A DNA stretch of 64,000 bases from Halobacteriovoraceae bacterium (GTDB lineage Bacteria > Bdellovibrionota > Bacteriovoracia > Bacteriovoracales > Bacteriovoracaceae). The notes beneath the pieces were generated by a model. The model saw nothing but the letters and a program-made list of their open reading frames with translations. It searched no databases and was not told where the DNA came from. The translations under genes and the position numbers were made by a program. Below, piece after piece: positions 28,851-37,445 of the stretch; position 1 is the stretch's first letter, and the number at the start of each line of letters is the position of its first letter. The stretch spans positions 21,259-85,258 of the forward strand of contig PAKC01000068.1 in assembly GCA_002706205.1 (NCBI GenBank), given 5' to 3'.

Positions 28851-30227
28851 TCACGGTATTATTAAATGCTCTCTGGAGTTATTTAAGTTTTCTCGAGAAT
28901 AATTATGAGTACTTATCAAGGAGATAAGCTTTTCTCTTATTTCATTTTTTTTAACAATCTCATCCACAATTTTTGCTTGCAAAGCAATTTGAGGGTCTTC
29001 ATATTTTTTAAAATACTCAGCTTCACTAAAAACTTGGAATTTATCACTAAACATATTTTTTGCTGCTTCATAGCCCATGATTGCTATTCGCGCCGTTTCA
29101 AGCGCCAAAACACCATTTCCTCCTTGCGCTTTTGTTTGCATCATTAAATAAGCAGCTGCACCATAACATTTTCTAATGACCACTGAAAAACGAGGTACTC
29201 TCGTTTGGATAGACTGACACAAAGAAGCTCCCGCCTGTAAAAGACCATTATGCTCTTGTTCTTCCCCTGGCATAAATCCAGGCACATCAATTAAAGTAAT
29301 TAACGGTATTTCATAGGCATCACAAATTTTAACAAAACGAGAAAACTTTTTTGCAGCAAGATAATCAATTGCCCCACCATTACAAAAAGAATTATTGGCC
29401 ACTATACCAACAGGATGCCCTTGGATATAAGCAAAAAGGCAAAAAATAGCTTTCCCATAATCATGTCGGTAAGACATATATTCTGAAGCATCAACTAGAG
29501 CGTCAACAAGCTTTAACATATCAAAAACAATCTTTGGGTCCGCTGGGATCTCTGGTAATCTTGCCACAGGAGTAACTGAAGGTCTTTTCAGCTTTGGTTG
29601 CTTAAAGTTTAAAAAATAAATTAATCGTCTCAGACGTAGTATTTGGGTTTCAATATTTTGATCTACGAAGTCAGCAATACCAGTTTTCTCTCTATGAATA
29701 GCACTTCCCCCCAAGTCCTTCAAGCTTGTTTGTTGTCCCAATAGACTTTGAATGACATTTGGGCCTGTAACCATTAAGGTTGATCTCGTTTTATTAAATA
29801 GAACAAAATCAGTTAAAGTGGCCGTATACGCTGGAGCTCCCATTGTTGTATTCACAATGACTGATATTTGTGGAATCACTCCCGAATACTGGATATTTTT
29901 TGTAATCACTTTTGTATAAGCATGACCACTTTCTATTCCTTCAGAAACCGACACCCCTGGAGAGGCCAAGAATCCTATCACGGGACATTTCAGCTCGAAA
30001 GCTTTATCCATGATGCGACAAATTTCCTCTGCCCCTTTTGAGCAAATAAAGCCTTGTTGGACTTGGGGCTTTATAGCATAAAAAACAACCTGACGAGACA
30101 TGATCCTAGAAGTTCCAGTACAAACACTGACCTCATCAGTGTCATAAAGAATTTCCAATTCCTCTCGGCTATCACTCATGGCTTCTAACCAATTTAATGT
30201 CTTTAGTCCTAAACGTTTTTTAGTCAT
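28851..30227 (-). CDS. acyl-CoA carboxylase carboxyltransferase subunit (AccD/PccB-like)
   Basis: Two crotonase-like halves. Blocks include VIGFLASPGVSVSEG and IPLITLIDVPGFMPGEEQEHNGLLQAGA, the latter typical of the carboxyl transferase domain. Confidence 0.8.
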   Translation of the reverse strand: MTKKRLGLKTLNWLEAMSDSREELEILYDTDEVSVCTGTSRIMSRQVVFYAIKPQVQQGFICSKGAEEICRIMDKAFELKCPVIGFLASPGVSVSEGIESGHAYTKVITKNIQYSGVIPQISVIVNTTMGAPAYTATLTDFVLFNKTRSTLMVTGPNVIQSLLGQQTSLKDLGGSAIHREKTGIADFVDQNIETQILRLRRLIYFLNFKQPKLKRPSVTPVARLPEIPADPKIVFDMLKLVDALVDASEYMSYRHDYGKAIFCLFAYIQGHPVGIVANNSFCNGGAIDYLAAKKFSRFVKICDAYEIPLITLIDVPGFMPGEEQEHNGLLQAGASLCQSIQTRVPRFSVVIRKCYGAAAYLMMQTKAQGGNGVLALETARIAIMGYEAAKNMFSDKFQVFSEAEYFKKYEDPQIALQAKIVDEIVKKNEIREKLISLISTHNYSRENLNNSREHLIIP

Positions 30228-31773
30228 TTAAATAATACTCACTCCATTGCATATTATTTTCTTTTAAAAAATTAAATAATTGTTTAATCTCAGAGTCATC
30301 ATTATGAATATTTAAAAACTTTGCTTGCCCAAAATTTTTATATTTTAAAAGATACTCATTTAGAGAGCCCTCAGGTATTAAACTCATTTTTGGCGCAATT
30401 AATCTCGTATTAGCATCCCTGGCGAGTTTATAGCCACTATTAAACTCCATTAAGTCTTTATCTAGAGAGTCTAAGAGTTTATGTCCAGTTTCTGAACTAA
30501 GATCTATCGTTTTTTGTTCAAAAATCCAATGATAGCCTTTTTTATTGTCTTTTATGTAAAAGCTAACTGCAAATTTCTTTAAGTCCATATGATAACGTGA
30601 TTCTAGCTTACATAAAAATCTTTTTAAATGATCAACTGATAATTGCTCAATTCCAGCCAAGTTAAGTTCTTCTTTTTCTCTTCCTATCACTTTTATCAAT
30701 GGTGGACATAAAGAAGTAAATTCTATAATATCGCCCAAATAATAACAAAAAAGTCCACCTTTTGTTGTTATGAGTATTCTATACTTTTGACCAACTTCCA
30801 CCTGACCAAGTGTTATTTTTTTAGACTTTAAATCTTTCTCAGCTTTCTGAAATTGATAAAAGCAACTCTCGACATCAAGATATAACTCCCCTGCTTTTTT
30901 TTTATACTGAAATGCTATTGGTGATTCAGTTGCAGAATAGATTTCCATAAAAGGAATATCTCCTCCTAAAAAATGACGTAATCTAGATTCATAAGGAGCA
31001 ATAGAAGTTCCAGACCAAGTATACAAACTTAAATTTGGCCAAATGTCTTTAATCGTTTGAACTTCTTTGCCTCTCTGATGAGCCTTTTCAAAAAGCTTTT
31101 CTAAAATAACAGTAGCAAAAGCAGGAACAGAAGAAAAGACACGTATATCGAGATCAATGGCCTCTTCTATCATGGCATCAATTTTCTTAGAATTATTATC
31201 AATAGCAAGAATATGCTTACTGGGCTTAACCACTTTTTGTGAAAACTTAGGTGCTAACAAAGTCATAATCGCAGTAGCATACCCTATGTGAATCCCCATT
31301 TGGTTTTCCTCAGTTTTCAAATGAGAAGGGCTTACTAAAATATTTTGGTCTAACAAGTCATATCTTTTCAATACATGACTAAAATGAAAAAACGTTCTCG
31401 ACGAAAACGATTTAAAATTTTTGATGAGGTTTTTTGTATAAGGAATATATTTGCTTTTTTGAGTCGATCCCGACGTTTTGGCCATATAATCAAGTCTCGT
31501 TGTTTGGATAAATCCCTTAGGATTATGCTCGAGAAGCTCAGTAATTAAAGGCCAATAATCAATATCTGTAGTTGCTGCAATCTTTAAACCAAACTCGTCA
31601 ATTCCATTAATTTGATCTAAATGAAAATGTCTGCCCCAGGGCTTATGTTTAAACTCATTAAGAATATTTAATAATACTTTTCGTTGCATTAAAGTGATTG
31701 TTTGAGGAGTAGACATTATCTTTCGTTCTAGGTAATAACTTACAAATTTTATAAATAAGTGTTGTCCTCTCAT
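30220..31773 (-). CDS. GH3-family (auxin-responsive-promoter type) acyl-acid amido synthetase-like adenylating enzyme
   Basis: GH3-type P-loop-like block KTSGSTQKSKYIPYT, YATAIM and YSATES blocks, and about 500 aa. A possible alternative start is Met20. Confidence 0.65.
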   Translation of the reverse strand: MRGQHLFIKFVSYYLERKIMSTPQTITLMQRKVLLNILNEFKHKPWGRHFHLDQINGIDEFGLKIAATTDIDYWPLITELLEHNPKGFIQTTRLDYMAKTSGSTQKSKYIPYTKNLIKNFKSFSSRTFFHFSHVLKRYDLLDQNILVSPSHLKTEENQMGIHIGYATAIMTLLAPKFSQKVVKPSKHILAIDNNSKKIDAMIEEAIDLDIRVFSSVPAFATVILEKLFEKAHQRGKEVQTIKDIWPNLSLYTWSGTSIAPYESRLRHFLGGDIPFMEIYSATESPIAFQYKKKAGELYLDVESCFYQFQKAEKDLKSKKITLGQVEVGQKYRILITTKGGLFCYYLGDIIEFTSLCPPLIKVIGREKEELNLAGIEQLSVDHLKRFLCKLESRYHMDLKKFAVSFYIKDNKKGYHWIFEQKTIDLSSETGHKLLDSLDKDLMEFNSGYKLARDANTRLIAPKMSLIPEGSLNEYLLKYKNFGQAKFLNIHNDDSEIKQLFNFLKENNMQWSEYYLND

Positions 31774-31780
31774 CTGTTCC

Positions 31781-33037
31781 TCAAAAAAACCTTTTTAACT
31801 CAAAGTGTAAGCTATCATTATCCTCTAAAAGAGCTAAACCTTTTGAGTCTTGTTGATCATAAATAACCCAACGATAGGCCACAGAAGCCCTCCAAAAATT
31901 TGAAAGTCTTTGCTCATATTTCAAACTTCCGATTCCTTCTTGTTTTCTTTCTAAGTCTAAAAAATGGCCGAAATAAATTTCCCTGGCCCATTGGTCATTA
32001 AAGCGTAGTCTTTTGCCAAAAAATAAATCATTTTGAAAAATATTAATCTCCCAAGCTTCTTGCTGAGAAACTCCACTCACACGATGATATTCCACAAAAA
32101 AATCAGAGCTAAGCCCATTATCGTATTGATAGGTATATTCATAACCTATTGACACATGTCCATAATCATTTTTTGTGACAAGCCTTTCACCATTAAAAAT
32201 AGGACTCTCCTCATCAAGAAAGTCCGTATAAAGTAGCTCAAATTTAAAAACTTTATTTTCGCCACTAATGGCCCCAGAAAAGCCAATATCAATCACTTCA
32301 AAATAGTAGGCTGAAAAGTCACCATTGGGTATGAGATTTGTTCCGACTTCACTAAATTTATGAAAACCAAACAAAGGCTGGCGCCTATTAATATGTTTAA
32401 GACCAAAAAGAAAATACTCACCCTGCCCATACAAAAAATCGTAAGATAACCCAAATTGAATTTTTTCTTTTTGATTTTGAGGCTCCTTATCTTTTGCAAC
32501 CCAAAATGACTCTTGAGCGACCTTTGCTAAGCTAAGCCTTGAATTATCACTTGGATAAAAATTATTTTCAAAAAAAGGAAATAAATAAAAAGATAAAGTT
32601 GAATCTGAAAACTCTTTACTAAACGAAAAAGAAAGTTCCCCTTTTTTTTCTAAGTTCTCAACTTCAGCGCTAAAGATCCTAGCATTGATCACATCTGTTG
32701 GATTATATGACTCTAGCTTAGACCAATTAAAGATTTGATAGCCGAGTTTTATATTAACAAAACTTGAATTAAATGTTTTAGCAATATATCCATCATTAAT
32801 AAATAAATAGCTATTTTCCTTATAAGTCCTATTTAACCCAGCATTTAGACTTAGTTTTGCCCACCAAGTTGTTGATTCATAATCTTGTTCGAGATAGATC
32901 TGAAGAATTTCTTCATAATCTTTCTTATCATTATCGATAGGGTAATAAAGAGATTGGAAACTTAAATCTCCCTTATTTGCGGCCATAAGCAATAAAGGAA
33001 ACGTAAAAAAAAATAAAATTATAGATTGTTTTATCAT
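31781..33037 (-). CDS. outer-membrane beta-barrel protein, unknown family
   Basis: Signal peptide MIKQSIILFFFTFPLLLMA. Alternating amphipathic Tyr/Phe-rich strands throughout and a C-terminal aromatic signature ...HFELKRFF. Confidence 0.55.
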   Translation of the reverse strand: MIKQSIILFFFTFPLLLMAANKGDLSFQSLYYPIDNDKKDYEEILQIYLEQDYESTTWWAKLSLNAGLNRTYKENSYLFINDGYIAKTFNSSFVNIKLGYQIFNWSKLESYNPTDVINARIFSAEVENLEKKGELSFSFSKEFSDSTLSFYLFPFFENNFYPSDNSRLSLAKVAQESFWVAKDKEPQNQKEKIQFGLSYDFLYGQGEYFLFGLKHINRRQPLFGFHKFSEVGTNLIPNGDFSAYYFEVIDIGFSGAISGENKVFKFELLYTDFLDEESPIFNGERLVTKNDYGHVSIGYEYTYQYDNGLSSDFFVEYHRVSGVSQQEAWEINIFQNDLFFGKRLRFNDQWAREIYFGHFLDLERKQEGIGSLKYEQRLSNFWRASVAYRWVIYDQQDSKGLALLEDNDSLHFELKRFF

Positions 33038-33038
33038 C

Positions 33039-33803
33039 TCATCTCTTTAGGGCATTTTTATGAAATTTTCTTTCAGAAATATTGACACCAAGTTTACGTT
33101 TAGACCAAATAAAAAGAGAACTTTTTTTATTCTTAATATTCTCCATTTTTAATCTTCCTACCCGATACATCACTTTTCCAGCGACACGATATTCTTTTAT
33201 ATCAGAAGCATAAGATATCTTATAAAGCTCATTTCTTTTATTATAATATTCTGTTTTTAAAACAATATAATTTTTTTGGTCCACATAAAGATGAGTTTTA
33301 CTATAAGAACTTTTTGTTTTAGGAACTCTTTCTAAGACCCAAACCTTTTTACCATCTAATTGATCTTCTTTAACTAATTGATATGTATATTTTTCAATAG
33401 CTTGGCTTCCGAGATCCTCATAACTAAATTCACTTCCCATAAAAGAGCTCCCTTTTGTCTTTGAGCTAATTTTTTTTACTCTTTTTATGGCAGGAAGAAA
33501 AAGCCATTGATCATCTTCTTTACTTCTATGTCCCCATGTTAACATCTTAATTCCATTTACATCTGGAGGAAAAGTAAAAGTTAATAAAGATTTGTCAGTT
33601 TTATCACCTTCAATAGAAAGGCCTTTCATTTTTCGGGATAGCTTTGTTCCATCCTGACTAATTAAAACAAGCTCCATTTCTGATTCAGAACCTTGAAAGC
33701 CACGATGGGCCTTATCCATTGCTTGAGCAATTTCTTCACCTTTATTTGAAGCTCCATAAATATTGAGACTCAACAATATAAAAATGCAATAATAAAACTT
33801 CAT
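33039..33803 (-). CDS. LolA-like 'outer membrane lipoprotein-sorting' family periplasmic protein
   Basis: Signal peptide. Blocks DDQWLFLPAIKRVKKISS and GSSFMGSEFSYEDL are characteristic of the LolA-like family that accompanies MMPL/RND exporters. Confidence 0.7.
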   Translation of the reverse strand: MKFYYCIFILLSLNIYGASNKGEEIAQAMDKAHRGFQGSESEMELVLISQDGTKLSRKMKGLSIEGDKTDKSLLTFTFPPDVNGIKMLTWGHRSKEDDQWLFLPAIKRVKKISSKTKGSSFMGSEFSYEDLGSQAIEKYTYQLVKEDQLDGKKVWVLERVPKTKSSYSKTHLYVDQKNYIVLKTEYYNKRNELYKISYASDIKEYRVAGKVMYRVGRLKMENIKNKKSSLFIWSKRKLGVNISERKFHKNALKR

Positions 33804-33859
33804 AAGATCTCCCTTAATGATATTTTAACCTATCTCCTCTAAATCTAAAGTATAAATTT

Positions 33860-36124
33860 TTATTCTCGTATAAATTTTGCTAACAATAATGGTAGAAGTA
33901 AAAAGTCAGTTATTAGCGCAATAACTAATCCACATGCCATAAGCAAACCTAAGTTTTGATTAGGAACAAAACTGGCCAATAAGAAACAGCTAAAACTTAT
34001 AGAAAGAATCAAGGTTGTAACAATTAAGGCAGGAGCGCTCTTTTGAAAAAGTTTGACGATAGCTTCTTGAGTAGAATCACCATTTCTAATAAGTTTTAAG
34101 TAATTCGTAAAAATATGAATCGTATCATCAACTGCAATTCCCAAAACGACTGAGGCTATCACAACAGCACCTATATCTAGCGGTCTTCCTACAAGCTGCA
34201 AAATAATGCCAACGGAAAGAACTGGTACAAGATTCGGGATAAGACTTATTAAGCCTGCTTTAAAAGACCTCAAAAAGAAAAGAAGAATGAGTGAAATAAA
34301 AAACAAAGCTACGCCTAAAGAAGTGACAAATGAAGTGACAACTTTACCATTAATACTCTGCCATAGGTAGCGTTTCCCAGTAATCGTTAGATTTAGATTA
34401 TATTTTTGTGCAATAGACTGAATTTCTTTGGCCATCATAACTGCACCTTTAGAATCTTGGTTCTTAACTAATGCAGTAACTCGCATATGCCGCTGGTCTA
34501 ATGTGACTCTATCATTTAAACTGCTTCCTTCTGGAACGCTTAAATTATAGGTAAAAAGATATTGAGCAACTTCTTGTTGAGTCTGAGGTATTCTCTTGTA
34601 TTTACGATCCGAATTATGAAAGACTTCATTCATTCTTTTCACAATATCAACCAGAGAGACGACCTGTGTAATAACAGAAAATTTTTCTGCGATTTCCTGG
34701 GAAAAAGATTCAACTTTTTTTAAAAAAATAGGATTTTTGGTTCCAGACTGCTTTCCTGAGTCAACAGACATTTCCAAAGAAAAAACTCCGCCAACATTTT
34801 TTTCTATATAGTTTAAATCTTTAGCGATAGGAAAGTCTTCATTAAAATACTTTAAAGGATCAGAGTTCACCTCTAATTTTGAAATTAAATAAGCTGAAAC
34901 TAAAAGTAAACTTATAAAAACAATATATATTGGTTTTTCAAACTTAAAAATAAAATCAACCCATTTCCTATAATTTAAGTGACTCATGACTTTCGATTGA
35001 ATAGGCTTATTTTTTAAAAAAAGATTTAAACAAGGGGCCAGAAGAAAATAAGTATAAAACCACGCCATAAAAGTCCCGATCGCGGCGACAACACCCATCT
35101 GACCTATATTTTGAATAGATGAAGTCGAAAAACTTAAAAAACCTATACTTGTCGTCAGTGTTGTTAGAATTGTTGGCAAAAAGTTTTTGTCTAATGACCT
35201 TCTTAAAGCTTCAGTATGGGAACAATCATCTGAATGGCGAAAAAGATAAAATGTAGCAATAATATGGATGGCATCAGCAAGTCCAATCGCCAATAAAAAC
35301 TCAGGTGTAATTGCTGTCAGGTTATGTATGGGGATGTTTATAAATCCCATAAAGGCAAACATAGAAATAACACTGACAATAATCGTAGTAAAACTCAAAA
35401 AAATGACTTTAAAACTTTTAAAATTCAAATACAAAAAAAAGCAAATCAATACAAAGAGCAAAGGAAAAAGAATCTTGAAGTCTTTTATTGACGAGTCTTT
35501 AAAAGCACTGCTGACAACAGCATTACCGGCTAGACGAATATCAATCCCCTCTGGTGGTGAAAAACGACTCAACATCTCTTCAACTTGGTTTAAAATATCT
35601 TTATAAAGAAGTTTTTTCCCAACATCAGCTTTAAGTTTTAAAAAAATCAAACTCACTTTTTTATTTTTCCCAACGAAATGAGAAACGATCTCTTTAGAAC
35701 TCATCGCTTGAGATTCAATTTCTGCTATTGTTTTCTCGGGAGTATATAAAGAGTCAATGATAATTTCATCGTCTTTTGCTTCTATCCAACTATAATTTGT
35801 CAATGACTCAACTTTTGCAGTCGCCTCTATATAAATCGATTCCTGGGTAAGAAGCTCAATATAATCCAAAGTTTTTTTGTTAAAAATCCCCTTTGGATTT
35901 GAAACGACTAAGACCAAAGATTCGCTACTTCCATAGTTTTGATCAAATTTATCTAAGGTTTTAATAAGCGGATCAGAGTCTTTAAACCAGACACGATAGC
36001 TAAAATTACTTTCAATTAGACTTAACCCAGGAAGGCTTAGTAAAAAGAAAGCAAAAGCCGCTAACAATGTAGCGAAAGGTTTTTCAATAATACAATTAAT
36101 GAGAGAGGACTTAAGCTTTTTCAT
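33860..36124 (-). CDS. MMPL / RND-superfamily lipid exporter
   Basis: 754 aa. Two repeats, each with one TM helix, a periplasmic loop and a 5-TM bundle, as in MmpL/HpnN-type exporters. Confidence 0.8.
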   Translation of the reverse strand: MKKLKSSLINCIIEKPFATLLAAFAFFLLSLPGLSLIESNFSYRVWFKDSDPLIKTLDKFDQNYGSSESLVLVVSNPKGIFNKKTLDYIELLTQESIYIEATAKVESLTNYSWIEAKDDEIIIDSLYTPEKTIAEIESQAMSSKEIVSHFVGKNKKVSLIFLKLKADVGKKLLYKDILNQVEEMLSRFSPPEGIDIRLAGNAVVSSAFKDSSIKDFKILFPLLFVLICFFLYLNFKSFKVIFLSFTTIIVSVISMFAFMGFINIPIHNLTAITPEFLLAIGLADAIHIIATFYLFRHSDDCSHTEALRRSLDKNFLPTILTTLTTSIGFLSFSTSSIQNIGQMGVVAAIGTFMAWFYTYFLLAPCLNLFLKNKPIQSKVMSHLNYRKWVDFIFKFEKPIYIVFISLLLVSAYLISKLEVNSDPLKYFNEDFPIAKDLNYIEKNVGGVFSLEMSVDSGKQSGTKNPIFLKKVESFSQEIAEKFSVITQVVSLVDIVKRMNEVFHNSDRKYKRIPQTQQEVAQYLFTYNLSVPEGSSLNDRVTLDQRHMRVTALVKNQDSKGAVMMAKEIQSIAQKYNLNLTITGKRYLWQSINGKVVTSFVTSLGVALFFISLILLFFLRSFKAGLISLIPNLVPVLSVGIILQLVGRPLDIGAVVIASVVLGIAVDDTIHIFTNYLKLIRNGDSTQEAIVKLFQKSAPALIVTTLILSISFSCFLLASFVPNQNLGLLMACGLVIALITDFLLLPLLLAKFIRE

Positions 36125-37319
36125 ATTTCTCCCGTTTCAAGTGATGAGAACTAAGTGAATTTATTCGTAAAAAATTGATTATCATATAAAACAAAGCACA
36201 AGCTAAAAGAAAGTTTTTAGTCTCTACCCTATTTCCAACCAACGAGATCAGACATGAAGCCGATATATTTGTTAAAGTAAAGATAAAGTCTAAAACAGCA
36301 TTTGTTCTACTAATCATCGCTTTATCTACGTGTTGTGATAAATAACTAAATTGGCTTGGGGCCCTTATAAAAAACAACATTCCCCACAAGTAAAAAAGTC
36401 CACAACTCACAAAATAGTTTATCCCCCAAGCCCAGATAAACATAAGAAAAGGTTCAAGCAGGCTAGAATAAAATAAAACTTTCCCAATACTAAACTTACG
36501 AGTCACTTTTTTGTATAAAAGTCCTCCCGTCACACCTCCCAGACCAAAAAGAACCATCATATGTCCATATTCAATCTCTGATTTACCAAAAACCTCTACT
36601 AAAAAAGGGAGGATTAAAGGAATCGTAAATCCACTAAAAATGCCAATAAGTGCATGTCTTTCATACAATCCACGCAAATCTAATCTTCTTTTAATATAAT
36701 AAAGTCCATCTTTGAGCTCTTGAATAAAATAAGACTTTACCTGTCTAGTTTTTAAAGCTGTTATTCTAGGAATCAAAAGAAAAAAGATGATAGAAATAAT
36801 ATAGGTCAAGAGATCAAAGTAAAGTACCACATCTAAAGCTTGGTATTTCGCATAGCACCATGTCCCAATTAACGGCCCTAGAATATGGACAATCGCAAAA
36901 CTAGCACTAAAAAGATTATTACCACTTGGAACTAAATTTGAGGGCAAAATATCAAGAATAAAGGCCCTTTTACAAGGAGTTGATACCCCTGCGAAAATTG
37001 TTTTCATTCCATGTAGACACATTAATCCCCAAATATTTTCTAAGAAGAAAAAACTTAAAGTAAAAGGAATCCTAATAATCTCACAAAAAATTAAAACAGA
37101 GCGTCGGTTAAGCCGATCTCCAATGGGCCCAGCATAAATATTTCCAATTAACATACCAACGATAAAAAAGACTTGTGTAAGTCCCATGTAGGTTTTATCG
37201 TGATCGGATATTCGATATATATGCGCCATAAAAGCAAAATTAAATGCATAAGAACCTAAAGCAGAAACAATAGTTGCCAATAAGGTCAGTGTATATTTTT
37301 TTTGCTTAAGTATAATCAT
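36111..37319 (-). CDS. MFS transporter
   Basis: About 12 TM segments with the loop 2-3 motif GPIGDRLNRR. Confidence 0.75.
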   Translation of the reverse strand: MIILKQKKYTLTLLATIVSALGSYAFNFAFMAHIYRISDHDKTYMGLTQVFFIVGMLIGNIYAGPIGDRLNRRSVLIFCEIIRIPFTLSFFFLENIWGLMCLHGMKTIFAGVSTPCKRAFILDILPSNLVPSGNNLFSASFAIVHILGPLIGTWCYAKYQALDVVLYFDLLTYIISIIFFLLIPRITALKTRQVKSYFIQELKDGLYYIKRRLDLRGLYERHALIGIFSGFTIPLILPFLVEVFGKSEIEYGHMMVLFGLGGVTGGLLYKKVTRKFSIGKVLFYSSLLEPFLMFIWAWGINYFVSCGLFYLWGMLFFIRAPSQFSYLSQHVDKAMISRTNAVLDFIFTLTNISASCLISLVGNRVETKNFLLACALFYMIINFLRINSLSSHHLKREKYEKA

Positions 37320-37445
37320 CTAGCTCAATTATACGGTATTTGAAACGCATGTATACCGAGGATGCAAACAATACCTAAAGGCTGTAAAGTCAGAGTTTTT
37401 TTCATAGACATAGACAAAGTCGAAGAAGGGACCTACACTCAAGCG

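Noticed and set aside
35268-35606. A 112-aa plus-strand ORF inside the MMPL gene. Similar antisense ORFs lie at 52606-52980 (patatin), 60466-60777 (rimK), 63481-63792 (histidine kinase), 41929-42210 (tauE) and 26870-27145 (ACAD).
   Set aside because: All are antisense to well-supported genes and have no recognisable domain or translation signals. I regard them as shadow ORFs.
16927-37319. Interpreting the cluster as a type I/II PKS, an NRPS, or an aryl-polyene or PUFA synthase locus.
   Set aside because: There are no multidomain KS-AT or C-A-T proteins, no KS/CLF pair and no dehydratase or PfaA-like genes. Only a single KASIII is present, so the chemistry is more likely a single condensation.
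37362-37445. An N-terminal 28-aa extension of the second MFS transporter (MQTIPKGCKVRVFFIDIDKVEEGTYTQA).
   Set aside because: It is not hydrophobic and is not typical of MFS N-termini, so the internal ATG at 37446 is preferred. The longer form cannot be excluded without 5'-end data.
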